The position numbers and the translations under genes were made by a program. Below the pieces are notes generated by a model that made no database searches, was not told the origin of the DNA, and worked only from the letters and a program-made list of their open reading frames with translations. A stretch of DNA of 64,000 nt from Candidatus Omnitrophota bacterium. Lineage in GTDB: Bacteria > Omnitrophota > Gorgyraeia > Gygaellales > Profunditerraquicolaceae. Positions 8,707 through 20,230 of this stretch are shown here, one piece after another. The stretch is from NCBI GenBank assembly GCA_041651115.1, contig JBAZJY010000003.1, positions 270,252 to 334,251 on the forward strand. Reading direction: 5' to 3'. Numbering within the stretch: position 1 is the stretch's first letter; every line of letters starts with the position of its first letter.

Positions 8707-11691
8707 TCACATTTTCCCGAAAGGCACGCGGCATGCCAGTCCGGCGGCATAGGCGCGCAAAAACCGCAATTTGCCCGGATGCTTGCATAACGCATCCAAT
8801 ACATTATTGTAATAACCCAGAGCTGCCAGGGCATTCTCTTTCTCTATGATATGATGGCTGTATTTAGCCTCTTCATATTCAGCGGTTAATTTCAGCAACG
8901 CGTTTTCTTTAATGCCATAGGCGGTTTCGATCACTACGGCAAAGGAAAGCGGAGGTAAATGATCGTGGTTGCAAAAACCGCAGACTGCCAATACATCAGC
9001 CAGGTTGGCGTACAATTTGATCACAAACTGCCGGTTATCCTGGTCTAATAATTCTTTGAGTTTATTTCTTTTCTTCTCTGCGATCATATAAAATGCGGTA
9101 AAGATCAAGGCCAGAGCTGCCAATAACGAAAAAAGAAATTTCCCTATCTGCTCAAATATCCATGCAAGCGTAAAAACCACGCGGATATTTACCGGAAGGC
9201 TGGATATCTCCATATATTCCGCTTTTAGTATTGCCAGCCCCCCCCAAAGCGCGAAAACCTCTCCCCCGGAGCTAACCCTGGCTATGCGGGGTTTATCATT
9301 ATGCCATTCTACCAGGTCAGTAACGTCTTTATGGGAAGAATCGGAATAATATGCTTCTGCCCGCAGGCTCAATTTGCCCCTGATCGGAATCACTGCTTCC
9401 GGCGGGAAAACCGCTATGGAAATAAGGCGCGCGGGGTTTACTTTTACCCGGCAAGGATTGCTTATGCTGCCGTCTGCGCTTGCATGCACTTCTGCCTCTC
9501 CCTCGGAAAGCGCGCTGACTATACCTGCGGATACTGAAGCAACGCCGCCGTGAGAACTATCCCACTGCGCCGAGAGCGTAACATCTTCCTGTGATCCGTC
9601 GCTGTAAAGAAAAAACGCTTCTAATTTTTCCTCTTCGCCTACTGCCAGCTCAAGGGAATCCGGTGAAACCACCAGAGTGCCGGTTTTTACTGTTTTTGCC
9701 GAAAGTACCTCATCCAGCTTATCCTTAATACTCTCCACTTCCTCCGCAGTTTCTGCTTTATCAAGGTCTCCCATTAATGCGCTAATGATGCTCGCATCCT
9801 TTTTATCCGGCGCTTTTACGGCTTCTTCTCCGGCGGCAACGCTGTTCTCAATGATAAAAGCAACGAGTTCCCTGATATTTGCAACTGCCTGAACCAGGGT
9901 ATTCGCGGCCTTGGCTTCAAGCAAAGCCTGTTGCCTTAATTCAATGATCTTGTTTTCCAGCCAGCGCGCGTCGGCAAAAAGCTTTTCCATGTCCTTAACA
10001 GACCCGAGGGCGGAAAAATCTTTAAAGAATGCCGCTGCCTGGTTAGCCGATAAAGCGCTATCTGCGATCAACCGGCTGACATTTTGCAATTCTTCATCGA
10101 TAAGTAACTCTGCTTTAGCCAGTGACATGACGCGGAACAAAGCAATGGCTCCATCAGCGGGAAGCGCGCTTTTTAATTGTTGCGCGTTGGCAATAAAACC
10201 TTCGGCATTCTCTGAGTTACAGGTTTCCCTGATCAAATCTTTTAATTCTTCCGCTTCAACCGCAAGCTTTCTGCCTTCATAAGAAATAAATATTTCCTGC
10301 TTCAGCCTGACAGCCTCGGCTAATCCTTCGGCAAGTTCTTCTTGCGTGCCTGCGGAAGCGTCCTTAAAATCGCTTATCTTCTTTTTCGCGAGCTTTAATT
10401 CCGGCAGAAATACCGCCTTGGCAATTTCTGAAAGCAAAGCGGAACTTTCGGTTTTCGCCGGTTCTTCCAATGCCGCGGCTGCCTTTGATAAACCGGAAAT
10501 TTTTTGCCGATAGGCGGCAAATATCTTCCATGCGCGCAGCCGGTTAAAAAGGTCTTTTAATTTATTCCTCTCTTCCTGGGCTACCGGAGAATTTGTGCGG
10601 TCCATCAGGCTGGAACCCTGCCTTTCCAAAGCGCGGGTCTCTTTAGAATCGGGGCTATATTGCATTTTATTTGCCAGGTTCATACCCTGGAACTTTTCTC
10701 TCAAACTAAAGGGATTAGACCTTAAGCGGTTGGCAACGGCATTTTTATTCCATATTACATTTAACCTGATCCGTTTATCAATATACTCTTCAATCCTTTT
10801 AACTAAATGCTCGGCATCATCTCCTTCAATGCCGGGGCCGGGCGTGCCGAGATAGCTAATCAAGCCTTCCTGCGCCCTATCAACTTCCACAATATCAAGA
10901 GAATCATTGGTCAGGGGGCTAAAAAGAAAAACCAGCTCCCTGCTTCCCTCTACCGCGCCCGCGCCTGTAGCCAATGAAGAAACCTTATTGCCGATCTGTT
11001 CCTGTAGGTTATAGTACTCTTTTTCCAGGTCATCTTCCAAATTGAATTTACTTTCCATTTCTTCCTGCCAGAACAACCCTCCCTGATCCAGCTCTTTCCA
11101 TGCTACGGCGGAGAACACTGCCAAAGCAACAAATATAACGGCGGCAAATAACAGTATTAACGCGGCAATGGAATGCCGGCTGCCGACAGACTGCTCGCCG
11201 CTGTCTGCGCCGGAAAAGAAAAGTTTTACCCTGCATATGCCTAACCAGCAAATGATATAAAGGGCAACGAATACAAAATAAGCCGGGTGGGAAACATTGC
11301 CGAACAAGGGCGAGCTGATGAATACGGGGATACTTAAGAGCTGGGCGCTGGATAAAACAAGCGGAAAATTAGCGCCAAAGGCAAGCAATACTTCCATGAC
11401 CAACACGCCCTTTACGCTGATCATGACGATTTCACGGTAGAAGAACGAAGACATTGACAGCAGGTAAATTACCCAGCCGCAAATGATCACGGCGCCGGCG
11501 TTAATCCCGGCATAAGTAAAAGGAAGCGGGCGATTGCGGATAAACCAGCTGAATAAAAATCCTGCGGCAGCGGCAACGCATAAATACGGCCCTAAAACCG
11601 GCAGCGCCTGCCCCAGGAGCATGACGCAGCTAAGGAGCATGCAAAAAGTAAGAATGATCTCGTAGCCTAAATATCGCTGCTTTTCTTCCAT
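8707..11691 (-). CDS. Large multi-pass membrane protein with coiled-coil region and bacterial Ig-like (Big_2-type) repeats; third gene of a MoxR-DUF58 operon
   Basis: 994 aa; about 6 N-terminal TM helices, long alpha-helical central region, Big_2-like segments, C-terminal TM helix; the operon position matches that usually held by a DUF3488/transglutaminase-like protein in MoxR/DUF58 operons, but no clear TGase catalytic core was recognised. Confidence 0.5.
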   Translation of the reverse strand: MEEKQRYLGYEIILTFCMLLSCVMLLGQALPVLGPYLCVAAAAGFLFSWFIRNRPLPFTYAGINAGAVIICGWVIYLLSMSSFFYREIVMISVKGVLVMEVLLAFGANFPLVLSSAQLLSIPVFISSPLFGNVSHPAYFVFVALYIICWLGICRVKLFFSGADSGEQSVGSRHSIAALILLFAAVIFVALAVFSAVAWKELDQGGLFWQEEMESKFNLEDDLEKEYYNLQEQIGNKVSSLATGAGAVEGSRELVFLFSPLTNDSLDIVEVDRAQEGLISYLGTPGPGIEGDDAEHLVKRIEEYIDKRIRLNVIWNKNAVANRLRSNPFSLREKFQGMNLANKMQYSPDSKETRALERQGSSLMDRTNSPVAQEERNKLKDLFNRLRAWKIFAAYRQKISGLSKAAAALEEPAKTESSALLSEIAKAVFLPELKLAKKKISDFKDASAGTQEELAEGLAEAVRLKQEIFISYEGRKLAVEAEELKDLIRETCNSENAEGFIANAQQLKSALPADGAIALFRVMSLAKAELLIDEELQNVSRLIADSALSANQAAAFFKDFSALGSVKDMEKLFADARWLENKIIELRQQALLEAKAANTLVQAVANIRELVAFIIENSVAAGEEAVKAPDKKDASIISALMGDLDKAETAEEVESIKDKLDEVLSAKTVKTGTLVVSPDSLELAVGEEEKLEAFFLYSDGSQEDVTLSAQWDSSHGGVASVSAGIVSALSEGEAEVHASADGSISNPCRVKVNPARLISIAVFPPEAVIPIRGKLSLRAEAYYSDSSHKDVTDLVEWHNDKPRIARVSSGGEVFALWGGLAILKAEYMEISSLPVNIRVVFTLAWIFEQIGKFLFSLLAALALIFTAFYMIAEKKRNKLKELLDQDNRQFVIKLYANLADVLAVCGFCNHDHLPPLSFAVVIETAYGIKENALLKLTAEYEEAKYSHHIIEKENALAALGYYNNVLDALCKHPGKLRFLRAYAAGLACRVPFGKM

Positions 11692-11693
11692 GC

Positions 11694-12926
11694 TTACCTC
11701 AAAAACGCTTCTTCCAGCCTGTCGCCTTTGGAGAAGATGATCGGGTTAAAATTCACCCAACGGGAAACCTTTTGCATGGCGTCGATGATCACTTCTTTCT
11801 TATCAAAAGCATAGTTGAACGTAGACGACATCACGATCAGCGGGATCAGGCAGACATTGCGCTTATCTAAAGAGAGCATTGCCGAAAAATGTTCCCAGTC
11901 CTTGTCCAGCATAATCACTACCAGGCTTGAGCTATCGGCAACATGCCTGGCGTGCTCCTGAAAGATCTCGATCAGGCTGACCTCGCTCTCGGGCTTGGCC
12001 ACGGTAAAGAATTTCATTACGTCTTCTAAGTATTCCGGGCCTTTGTTGAACGGAATATGCACGATCTCCCCTGCCTGGGCAATGATCTCAACCGCAACGT
12101 TATTATTGATCAGGTATTTTGCAACGGAAGCGGCAATACGCACGATATATTCCGCTACCGATTCTTTGCCTTCGCCGTAATTCCTGCTTCTTTCAAGGTT
12201 AAAGATGATCGTAGCGCGGAAAAAATTCTGGCGCTGGAACTGCTTGACGATCAGTGCGTTCTTGCGCGCGCTGGAAAGCCAATGGATCCTTTTTATCGGA
12301 TCGCCTTCCTTATACGCCCTGACGCCGAAGAATTCATCCTCATCGCCTGAGGTATGCGATGTCTCAATGCCGAACCAGGGGAGCACGCCTTTTACCAGCG
12401 GCGGGAATTTTGTAATAGGAAAAGTCCGGGGATAGACGTAGATATCCGAGAAGGCCGGATAGACTTTTTTAAAACAGAATAGGCCGAAAGGATCAAAAAA
12501 ATATATGATCGCCGGGCCCAGCGCGAATTTGCCTCTTTTAGGGCAAACACAGGAATAGTTAATACTGCGGCTTGCCCCGGGGCCAAGAAAATCGATCAGG
12601 ATAGTCCGGCGCATCTGTCCGGGCTCCGCGCAGGAAAGGTTATCTTCAAATAAAAGATTAAAAAGCGGGATAAAGGAAGCGTTAGTGACGGCCATCTTGA
12701 TCTCAACCGAGTCGTCTTCCTCTATTTTGGTTATGACGGAGCGGTTAAATTCTAATTTTGCGCCGAAATAACCCGCAGCAATACAGGCAAGGCTCAGCAG
12801 TATCAGCGCCAGAATAAAAGAAAACAGCAGGTAGAAAATAGCGACCGACGTCTTCAGCCCGATGATAAGGCTAAAAACGGCAAGGATGGAAATGAACGCC
12901 AGCCTCTGAAAGGAAAGTCTGAGCAT
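11694..12926 (-). CDS. DUF58 family protein (MoxR-associated, vWA-like)
   Basis: N-terminal TM helices plus FFGVRAYKEGDPIKRIHWLSSAR motif typical of DUF58. Confidence 0.75.
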   Translation of the reverse strand: MLRLSFQRLAFISILAVFSLIIGLKTSVAIFYLLFSFILALILLSLACIAAGYFGAKLEFNRSVITKIEEDDSVEIKMAVTNASFIPLFNLLFEDNLSCAEPGQMRRTILIDFLGPGASRSINYSCVCPKRGKFALGPAIIYFFDPFGLFCFKKVYPAFSDIYVYPRTFPITKFPPLVKGVLPWFGIETSHTSGDEDEFFGVRAYKEGDPIKRIHWLSSARKNALIVKQFQRQNFFRATIIFNLERSRNYGEGKESVAEYIVRIAASVAKYLINNNVAVEIIAQAGEIVHIPFNKGPEYLEDVMKFFTVAKPESEVSLIEIFQEHARHVADSSSLVVIMLDKDWEHFSAMLSLDKRNVCLIPLIVMSSTFNYAFDKKEVIIDAMQKVSRWVNFNPIIFSKGDRLEEAFLR

Positions 12927-12932
12927 GCGGCT

Positions 12933-13859
12933 TTAAGGTATGACTGTGCTTTTAAGGATCTCGGTAATGATGCTTTCGGCGGTTTTTCCGGCGATCAGGG
13001 TCTTGGGCTCAAGGATGATCCTGTGTTTAAGTATCCACGGCGCGAGTTTATTTATGTCGTCGGGAATAACATAATCCCTTCCCTCCAGCATTGCCCATGC
13101 GCAGCCTGCCTTCATCAAAGCTATGGAGGCGCGCGGGCTGGCGCCCAGCTTCAGGCCTTCATAGGAACGCGTGGCGGAAACCAGCTTGACGATATATTCC
13201 AGCATCTCGGAGGATATTTGGATCTTCTTTACTTCCTGCTGCAGTTTAAGGATGTCTTCAAGGTTCAGTACCGGGCGCACATCCTCAACCGGATGCTTAA
13301 TCTTTTGCTCGCTGACGACTTTTATTTCTTCGGCAAGCGGCAGGTATCCGACGCTGATCTTCATCAGGAACCTGTCGATCTGCGCCTCGGGAAGCGGATA
13401 AGTCCCCTGATATTCAATGGGGTTTTGCGTGGCAATGACCATAAACGGCTGGGGCAATTCAAAGGTCTTACCGTCAAGGGTAACCTTGTATTCCTGCATG
13501 CACTCAAGTAAAGCGGACTGGGTACGCGGGGTAGTGCGGTTAATTTCGTCCGTAAGCAGTATATTGGCAAACACCGGGCCTTTCTTAAAATCAAAATCTC
13601 CGGTTTTAGGGCTATAGACCAGCCCGCCGGTAACGTCCGACGGCAGGAGGTCGGGAGTGAACTGGATGCGCTTAAAATCGCCGTTGATCGATTTGGCAAG
13701 CGCAAGGCTTAACATCGTCTTGCCTAAACCCGGCACGTCCTCAATAAGGATATGGCCGTTGGTCAGGAGTCCGACAATCAAGAGCTTTATCGTCTCGGCC
13801 TTACCGACGATGACTTTCTCTACGTTATCAATCAGCAGCTTTAACTTTGTGTTATCCAT
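12933..13859 (-). CDS. MoxR-family AAA+ ATPase
   Basis: 308 aa; LIEDVPGLGKT Walker A; MoxR-like domain organisation. Confidence 0.85.
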   Translation of the reverse strand: MDNTKLKLLIDNVEKVIVGKAETIKLLIVGLLTNGHILIEDVPGLGKTMLSLALAKSINGDFKRIQFTPDLLPSDVTGGLVYSPKTGDFDFKKGPVFANILLTDEINRTTPRTQSALLECMQEYKVTLDGKTFELPQPFMVIATQNPIEYQGTYPLPEAQIDRFLMKISVGYLPLAEEIKVVSEQKIKHPVEDVRPVLNLEDILKLQQEVKKIQISSEMLEYIVKLVSATRSYEGLKLGASPRASIALMKAGCAWAMLEGRDYVIPDDINKLAPWILKHRIILEPKTLIAGKTAESIITEILKSTVIP

Positions 13860-13876
13860 GGCCTTTTCTCCCTTTT

Positions 13877-14689
13877 TTAGAAACTAAAAACAAATCTTAC
13901 TATCCTTTCCGCCCAAAATAAAGACATTACCGCGGCCAAAGACAGGAACGGGCCGTAAGGTATTGTGTGATCTTTTTTCACGGCCAAGTTAATAACGCCG
14001 ATCACTGCCCCGAAAAACGGGGCAATAAAAAAAGTCAGCAGCGCCCGCTCCCACCCAAGGAACGCGCCGATCATTGCCAGGAGTTTTACGTCGCCGCCGC
14101 CCATTGATTCGGTCTCCCCTTGTATCGGCGGACGCTTAAGCAGCTTAAAATAAACAACGTCAAAAATAAATCCCGTCAGGTAGATAATACCGCCGCCGAT
14201 TATAATGCCAAGCAGTGAATTTAAGAGCGGCCGGTAGTCAAATTGCAAAGGAGAAATATTAACGCCTCCGGCTGCCCTTAAGATAAGCCCGATAACCATG
14301 CCTCCGATAGAGATCTCATCGGGGATGATCCGGTGCTTTATATCGATAAAGGTGGCGACGATCAAGGCGCATAAAAATATTGCGCAGAAGAAAAAATTAT
14401 AGGAAAAGCCAAAACGGTTATATAAAAACAGGAAAGTCAGCGCAGTCAAAAGCTCTACGACAAAATAACGCGGGGATATCGGCTTATGGCAGGAACGGCA
14501 TTTACCGGTTAAAAACAGATAGCTCAACAGCGGGATATTGTCGTACCAGAAAATCGGTTTCTTGCATTCGGGGCAATGCGAAGACGGCCTGGCCAAAGAA
14601 TATCCCTCAACGGGCATGCGATGTATGCAGACGTTCAGGAAGCTGCCGATCACCGATCCGAAAATAAAGATAAAAACCTTCTCAAACAC
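13877..14689 (-). CDS. pilD: Prepilin peptidase (A24 family; PilD/GspO-like)
   Basis: N-terminal CxxC..CxxC zinc motif (CPECKKPI...CRSCHKPI) and multiple TM helices with catalytic Asp regions. Confidence 0.85.
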   Translation of the reverse strand: MFEKVFIFIFGSVIGSFLNVCIHRMPVEGYSLARPSSHCPECKKPIFWYDNIPLLSYLFLTGKCRSCHKPISPRYFVVELLTALTFLFLYNRFGFSYNFFFCAIFLCALIVATFIDIKHRIIPDEISIGGMVIGLILRAAGGVNISPLQFDYRPLLNSLLGIIIGGGIIYLTGFIFDVVYFKLLKRPPIQGETESMGGGDVKLLAMIGAFLGWERALLTFFIAPFFGAVIGVINLAVKKDHTIPYGPFLSLAAVMSLFWAERIVRFVFSF

Positions 14690-14691
14690 GC

Positions 14692-15528
14692 CTAAGCCTC
14701 CAGAAGCGCCTTAAGCATTACATCTTTGGGCGCTTTTTTTCCGGTCCAGATCTCAAAGGCGATCATCCCCTGGTATAAAAGCATCCCCAATCCGTTAGAC
14801 AGTTTAGCGCCTCTCTCCTTTGCCGCCTTAAGTAGTTTTGTCTCCTTGGGGTTATAGACCAAATCATAAACCAGCATGCCCTTGCGGATATCTTTTGCGT
14901 CTATAAGGCAGGGATCAGATTCTTTCACCCCTACCGGCGTGGCATTGATCAAAAGATCGGAATCGGCGATCTCCAGTCCTTTGACTGAAGTTGCCTGCCG
15001 GATCCCGTTATTCTTAAAATTTGCTTTCAGGTAACTTACCAATGACGAAGCCTTATCTTTATCCGCGTCATAGATCAATATTTGTTTCGGGTTTACCTTG
15101 CAGAGATATACCGATATGGCGCGGGCTGCTCCGCCTGCCCCGATAAGCGCGATCCGCCTGTTTTCCGGATCAAAATTAAGGTCTTCGGTGAGGTGCTTTA
15201 AAAAACCGTTCCCGTCGGTATTAAAGCCTTCCAGCTTGCCGGAAGAAACCTTGATCGTATTGACCGCCCCGATCAGCTTTGCTTCGTATGAAATATGGTC
15301 CATGTAGGGCAAAACTTTTTCCTTATAGGGTACGGTAACGTTCAAGCCGGAAATATCCTGGCCAACAAGATTCTTTAAGAATTTCCCCAGCTCTTCTTCT
15401 TTTAAAGGAAAAAGTTTATATTCCGCATTGATCCCCAGAAATGAAAAAGCCGCGTTATGCATCAGCGGCGACAGGCTATGGTTTATGGGCTGGCCGATCA
15501 GGCCGTAGATCTTTTTTTGGTGGGTCAT
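14692..15528 (-). CDS. aroE: Shikimate dehydrogenase
   Basis: GQPINHSLSPLMHNAAF and GAGGAARA NADP motif. Confidence 0.9.
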   Translation of the reverse strand: MTHQKKIYGLIGQPINHSLSPLMHNAAFSFLGINAEYKLFPLKEEELGKFLKNLVGQDISGLNVTVPYKEKVLPYMDHISYEAKLIGAVNTIKVSSGKLEGFNTDGNGFLKHLTEDLNFDPENRRIALIGAGGAARAISVYLCKVNPKQILIYDADKDKASSLVSYLKANFKNNGIRQATSVKGLEIADSDLLINATPVGVKESDPCLIDAKDIRKGMLVYDLVYNPKETKLLKAAKERGAKLSNGLGMLLYQGMIAFEIWTGKKAPKDVMLKALLEA

Positions 15529-17030
15529 CTGGCCTCTAGCTTATCCAGTGCGTCGAGGTAGGCCCTTATTGCCGCCTCGATAATATCCGTGCTTGAGCCA
15601 TGGCCGGTAATGGCCTTATCTTTACTCTTCAACTTAAGGCTGGCATGGCCGAGCGCGTCTTTGCCGGAAGTAACTGCTTCCAGGCGGAATTCTTCAAGTT
15701 TAATTTTGAGGCCGGTTATTTTATCAATCGCCTTAAAACAGGCATCTACCGGGCCGTCGCCGGAAGATTCGCCGGTAAAATTCTTTGCCTTTTTCCTTAA
15801 CGCGACCTTTGCCTTCGGATTGATCCCGGTGCCGGAAGAAACTTCAAAGCTGACCAGGCTCCATAAGGGCTTGACTATCCTGATCTCATCTTCAACAATA
15901 GTCATCAAGTCATTATCAAATATCTCTTTTTTCCTGTCTGCCAATTCTTTAAAACGCTGAAATGCTTTATTTAATTTTTCTTCATCCAGATGCAGGCCAA
16001 GAGTTTCCAGCCTCTGACGGAAGGCATGCCTGCCGGAATGCTTGCCCAGGATCAAAGAACTTTCATTCACGCCAACGTCATGAGGATCCATGATCTCATA
16101 GGTAATCTTTTTCTTCAATACCGCGTCCTGATGGATGCCGGATTCATGGGCAAAGGCGTTCCTGCCGACGATCGCCTTATTGGGAGGCACCACAAAATCG
16201 GTAAATTTACTTACCAGGCGGGAAGTGCGGTAGATTTCCTTTGTGTTAATGCCGGTATAAAAGTTGCCGAAGACATCCTTGCGCGTTTTCATTGCCATGA
16301 CGATCTCTTCCAGCGAGGCATTTCCCGCGCGTTCGCCGATGCCGTTGACCGTGCAGTGCACCTGCCGCGCGCCTGCCAGGACCGCGGAAAGCGAATTAGC
16401 CGTTGCCAATCCCAAGTCATCGTGGCAATGGATAGCGATCACTGCCTTATTTATGTTCGGCACATTGTCTTTGATACTGCTGATCAGCGAATAAATTTCC
16501 TGCGGGTAACTATAGCCGACAGTATCGGGGACATTTATCGTAGCCGCGCCTTCATTGATCGCCATCTCAATCATGCGAAAAAGGAAATCTTTTTCCGTAC
16601 GCGTGGCATCTTCCGGGGAAAATTCAACATCCGCACAGAATTTTTTGGCCTGGCGGATAGCATCCCTGGCAATGGAGACGATCTCATCTTCGGCTTTTTT
16701 GAATTTATACTGCAGGTGGATCTTGGAAGTAGCCAGGAAAAGATGGATGCGCGGATGTTTTGCTTTTTTTAAGGACTTCCCGGCATGCTCAATATCCTTA
16801 TACATGCAGCGGGCAAGGGCGCAGACCGCGCTCCGCCTGATATTTTTGGCAATCTCACTCACCGCCACAAAATCATCTGGCGAAGCAACGGGAAAACCCG
16901 CTTCAATGATATCCACGCCCAGCTTTTCAAGCTGCGCAGCCACTTCCATCTTCTGGAAGCTGTTCATTGACGCGCCCGGGGCCTGCTCTCCGTCGCGCAA
17001 TGTAGTATCAAATATTATAATCTTTTCCAT
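15525..17030 (-). CDS. leuA: 2-isopropylmalate synthase (LeuA/CimA family)
   Basis: [21 protein letters not shown]-like motif; 501 aa with C-terminal LeuA dimerisation/regulatory domain; adjacent to ilv genes. Confidence 0.85.
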   Translation of the reverse strand: MEKIIIFDTTLRDGEQAPGASMNSFQKMEVAAQLEKLGVDIIEAGFPVASPDDFVAVSEIAKNIRRSAVCALARCMYKDIEHAGKSLKKAKHPRIHLFLATSKIHLQYKFKKAEDEIVSIARDAIRQAKKFCADVEFSPEDATRTEKDFLFRMIEMAINEGAATINVPDTVGYSYPQEIYSLISSIKDNVPNINKAVIAIHCHDDLGLATANSLSAVLAGARQVHCTVNGIGERAGNASLEEIVMAMKTRKDVFGNFYTGINTKEIYRTSRLVSKFTDFVVPPNKAIVGRNAFAHESGIHQDAVLKKKITYEIMDPHDVGVNESSLILGKHSGRHAFRQRLETLGLHLDEEKLNKAFQRFKELADRKKEIFDNDLMTIVEDEIRIVKPLWSLVSFEVSSGTGINPKAKVALRKKAKNFTGESSGDGPVDACFKAIDKITGLKIKLEEFRLEAVTSGKDALGHASLKLKSKDKAITGHGSSTDIIEAAIRAYLDALDKLEAR

Positions 17031-17055
17031 TGACCTGACACCTATGACCTATCAC

Positions 17056-18048
17056 CTATTTATGCATCCATGGCATCATTTCGCGAAGCTTTCTGCCTAC
17101 TGTTTCGATCAGGTGCTCGTCGCCTTCTTCGATTAATTTATTGAAATTCGGCCTGCCTTTTTCATTTTCTTTGATCCACTCTTTGGCAAATTGTCCGGTC
17201 TGGATTTCTTTCAGGATTTTCTTCATTTCCTTGCGGGTTTCTTTAGTGATGATGCGCTTTCCGCGGGTAAGGTCGCCGTAGCAGGCGGTATTGGAAACTC
17301 CCCGGCGCATCCCGGAAATGCCTCTTTCCTGGATCAGGTCAGTGATCAATTTTAATTCGTGCAAAACTTCAAAATAAGCGATCTCCGGCTGGTAACCCGC
17401 GTCAACCAGGGTATCAAAACCCGCCCTGATCAGCTCACTCACTCCTCCGCAAAGCACAGCCTGTTCGCCGAAAAGATCGGTTTCCGTTTCTTCTTTAAAG
17501 TTAGTTTCAATTACGCCGGCAGTAGTTGCCTTAAGGGCCTTGGCATAAGCAAGGGCAATGTCCAGCGCCTTTCCGCTGGCATCATGATATACGGCAACCA
17601 GCGAAGGCACGCCTTTCCCCTCTTCATACATTTTCCGCACTAAAGCACCCGGGCCTTTGGGAGCGATCATAAACACGTCCACGTTATCCGGGGGAACGAT
17701 CTGTTTAAAATGGATGTTAAATCCATGGGAAAAACACAATGCCTTGCCTTCTTTTAAATACGGTTCGATCGAATCCTTATACACCTTTGCCTGGACATGG
17801 TCCTGGGTAAGGATCTGGATAATATCCGCTTTTTGCGCCGCTTCCGCAGCAGTTACGGGAGTAAATCCGTCCTTTTTTGCCTGATCATAATTAACAGTGC
17901 CCGGCATTTCCGAAACCACGACATTACACCCTGAATCGCGCAGGCACAATGACTGGCCGCGGCCCTGGATGCCGTAACCGATGATCGCAATGGTTTTTCC
18001 TTTTAATAAATTCAGATCCGCGTCTTTGTCATAATATACTTTTACCAT
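17056..18048 (-). CDS. ilvC: Ketol-acid reductoisomerase
   Basis: 330 aa, class I KARI; [21 protein letters not shown]-binding. Confidence 0.95.
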   Translation of the reverse strand: MVKVYYDKDADLNLLKGKTIAIIGYGIQGRGQSLCLRDSGCNVVVSEMPGTVNYDQAKKDGFTPVTAAEAAQKADIIQILTQDHVQAKVYKDSIEPYLKEGKALCFSHGFNIHFKQIVPPDNVDVFMIAPKGPGALVRKMYEEGKGVPSLVAVYHDASGKALDIALAYAKALKATTAGVIETNFKEETETDLFGEQAVLCGGVSELIRAGFDTLVDAGYQPEIAYFEVLHELKLITDLIQERGISGMRRGVSNTACYGDLTRGKRIITKETRKEMKKILKEIQTGQFAKEWIKENEKGRPNFNKLIEEGDEHLIETVGRKLREMMPWMHK

Positions 18049-18066
18049 TCCATCCTCCTATATAAG

Positions 18067-18540
18067 TTAATATGCCATGGCAATTCTGCCGGTCCTGACT
18101 AATTCCGTAACGCCGAACCGGTCCAGCTCTTCCAAAAGCTGCTTTATCTGCGCCTGATCGCCTACTGCTTCAATTATCGCGGCATCTTCTTTATGCTGGA
18201 TAAGTTTGGCGACGAATTTGCTTAAAATATTCTCCAGCTTTGCTTTCTCCTTGGCAGAATAGCTGACCTTTACCAGAATCAATTCGCGGTCAACGTGCTC
18301 TTTCTTGGTGACATCAGCCACGGTGATCACGTCGATGAGCTTATTCAGCTGTTTTTCGATCTGCTCAAGTATTGCTTCATCCTTTGTATCCACCACGATA
18401 GTCATGCGGGAGATCGCCGGATCCAGGGTTTCGCTGACTGCCAGGGAACTGATATTATATCCGCGCGCGCTGAATAACCCTGCCACGCGGGCAAGCACCC
18501 CGAATTTATTTTCTACCATCACTGAGATCGTATGTTTCAT
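18067..18540 (-). CDS. ilvN: Acetolactate synthase small (regulatory) subunit
   Basis: 157 aa ACT-domain protein MKHTISVMVENKFGVLARV. Confidence 0.9.
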   Translation of the reverse strand: MKHTISVMVENKFGVLARVAGLFSARGYNISSLAVSETLDPAISRMTIVVDTKDEAILEQIEKQLNKLIDVITVADVTKKEHVDRELILVKVSYSAKEKAKLENILSKFVAKLIQHKEDAAIIEAVGDQAQIKQLLEELDRFGVTELVRTGRIAMAY

Positions 18541-18541
18541 T

Positions 18542-20212
18542 TTAGGCTAATCCTCCGATAATATTATTTATCGCTTCGCCGGCAGGGACCATGGGAAACA
18601 CATTTTCCTCTTCCTCAACCAGAAAATCAATAAACACCGTATTATCGGTTTTAATCGCGCGCTCCAAAGCAGGGCGCACGTCTTTTTTATGCTCGACGCG
18701 GATACCCACCGCGCCGTAGCTCTCCGCAAGTTTCACAAAATCAGGGCTGGTGATCGGCGTATGAGAATAGCGGCGCTTATAAAAAAGTTCCTGCCATTGC
18801 CTGACCATCCCAAGGTATCCGTTATTCAGGATCGCCACTTTCACCTGAATATTGTTCGCCACACAAGTGGCAAGCTCCTGTATGTTCATCTGGATCGAGC
18901 CGTCCCCGGCAATATTAAAGACTGTTTTTTCCGGCCGGCCGATCTTTGCGCCCATTGCCGCCGGGAAACCAAACCCCATTGTGCCCAGACCGCCTGAAGA
19001 AAGGAAAGTGCGCGGCTTACTATATTTGTACCACTGGGCAGCCCACATCTGATGCTGGCCCACTTCCGTACAAATGATCGCGTCGCCTTTAGTCACTTCA
19101 TCTATCTGTTCGATCACGTATTGCGGCAGGATCTTTGATTTTTCTTTGTAGAACATGGGAAATTTCTTCTTTAATCCTTCCACATGCGTCAGCCACGCTG
19201 CAATTTCCGGGGCCTTGTCTATCTCATCAATCAGCGCCCTTAACACATTCCTGCAATCTCCCACGATCGGGATCTCCACCTTCACGTTCTTGCTGATCGA
19301 CGAAGGATCAATATCAATGTGGATTACCGAAGCGCTGGGGGCAAAGGCATCCAGCCTGCCGGTTACGCGGTCGTCAAAACGCGCGCCCACGGCAATGATC
19401 AAGTCTGACTCCATGATGCTATGGTTGGCATAAGCTGTGCCGTGCATGCCCAGCATGCCCAGAGATTGCTTATGCGCCGAAGGAAACCCTCCGATACCCA
19501 TCAGCGTCCAGGTTACCGGGCAATTGATTTTTTCCGCCAGTTCCAGCACTTCCAGGCTGGCGCCGGAAGTGATCACCCCTCCGCCGATATAAAGCAGCGG
19601 CTTCTTAGACTTAGTAATGAACTTAGCAGCGCGCTTGATCTGGCCGGGATGGCCCACATAAGTCGGGTTATAGCTGCGGATCTTTACTTCTTCCGGCCAT
19701 TCAAATTCCGTTTCGGCAAATTGCACGTCCGTAGGCAGGTCGATCAATACCGGGCCCGGCCTGCCGGTTGAAGCAATATAAAAAGCCTCGCGCACAATAC
19801 GCGCCAGGTCTTTGACGTCTTTGACCAGGAAATTATGCTTGGTGATCGGCCGGGTGATCCCGGTAATATCTGCTTCCTGAAAAGCGTCGTTACCGATCAG
19901 TGTCGTGCGCACCTGGCCGGTGATCGCCACCATAGGAATCGAATCCATGTAAGCATTGGCAATACCGGTCACGAGGTTTGTGGCTCCCGGGCCTGAAGTA
20001 GCCAGGCACACCCCTACCTTACCGGTTGCGCGGGCATATCCGTCGGCAGCATGCGCCGCGCCCTGTTCATGACGGGTAAGGATGAATTTCAGACCGAAGT
20101 CATAGAGCTTATCAAAGGTAGGAAGGATCTGGCCTCCGGGATATCCAAAGACCACCTCCACACCCTCGCGTTTAAGGCACTCCAATAATATCGATGACCC
20201 TGATAGTTTCAT
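18542..20212 (-). CDS. ilvB: Acetolactate synthase large subunit (ThDP enzyme)
   Basis: 556 aa; ThDP-binding GDG...NN motif. Confidence 0.95.
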   Translation of the reverse strand: MKLSGSSILLECLKREGVEVVFGYPGGQILPTFDKLYDFGLKFILTRHEQGAAHAADGYARATGKVGVCLATSGPGATNLVTGIANAYMDSIPMVAITGQVRTTLIGNDAFQEADITGITRPITKHNFLVKDVKDLARIVREAFYIASTGRPGPVLIDLPTDVQFAETEFEWPEEVKIRSYNPTYVGHPGQIKRAAKFITKSKKPLLYIGGGVITSGASLEVLELAEKINCPVTWTLMGIGGFPSAHKQSLGMLGMHGTAYANHSIMESDLIIAVGARFDDRVTGRLDAFAPSASVIHIDIDPSSISKNVKVEIPIVGDCRNVLRALIDEIDKAPEIAAWLTHVEGLKKKFPMFYKEKSKILPQYVIEQIDEVTKGDAIICTEVGQHQMWAAQWYKYSKPRTFLSSGGLGTMGFGFPAAMGAKIGRPEKTVFNIAGDGSIQMNIQELATCVANNIQVKVAILNNGYLGMVRQWQELFYKRRYSHTPITSPDFVKLAESYGAVGIRVEHKKDVRPALERAIKTDNTVFIDFLVEEEENVFPMVPAGEAINNIIGGLA

Positions 20213-20230
20213 AAAAATTACCTTCCTTTA

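Noticed and set aside
17031-17055. Short direct repeats (ACCTAT x3, TGACCT x2) between ilvC and leuA
   Set aside because: At only 25 nt, with a repeat unit this short, they are more likely just the leuA ribosome-binding region. Nothing marks them as significant.
15990-17136. Two plus-strand ORFs (260 aa and 193 aa)
   Set aside because: They are antisense shadow frames inside leuA, which has an unambiguous signature.
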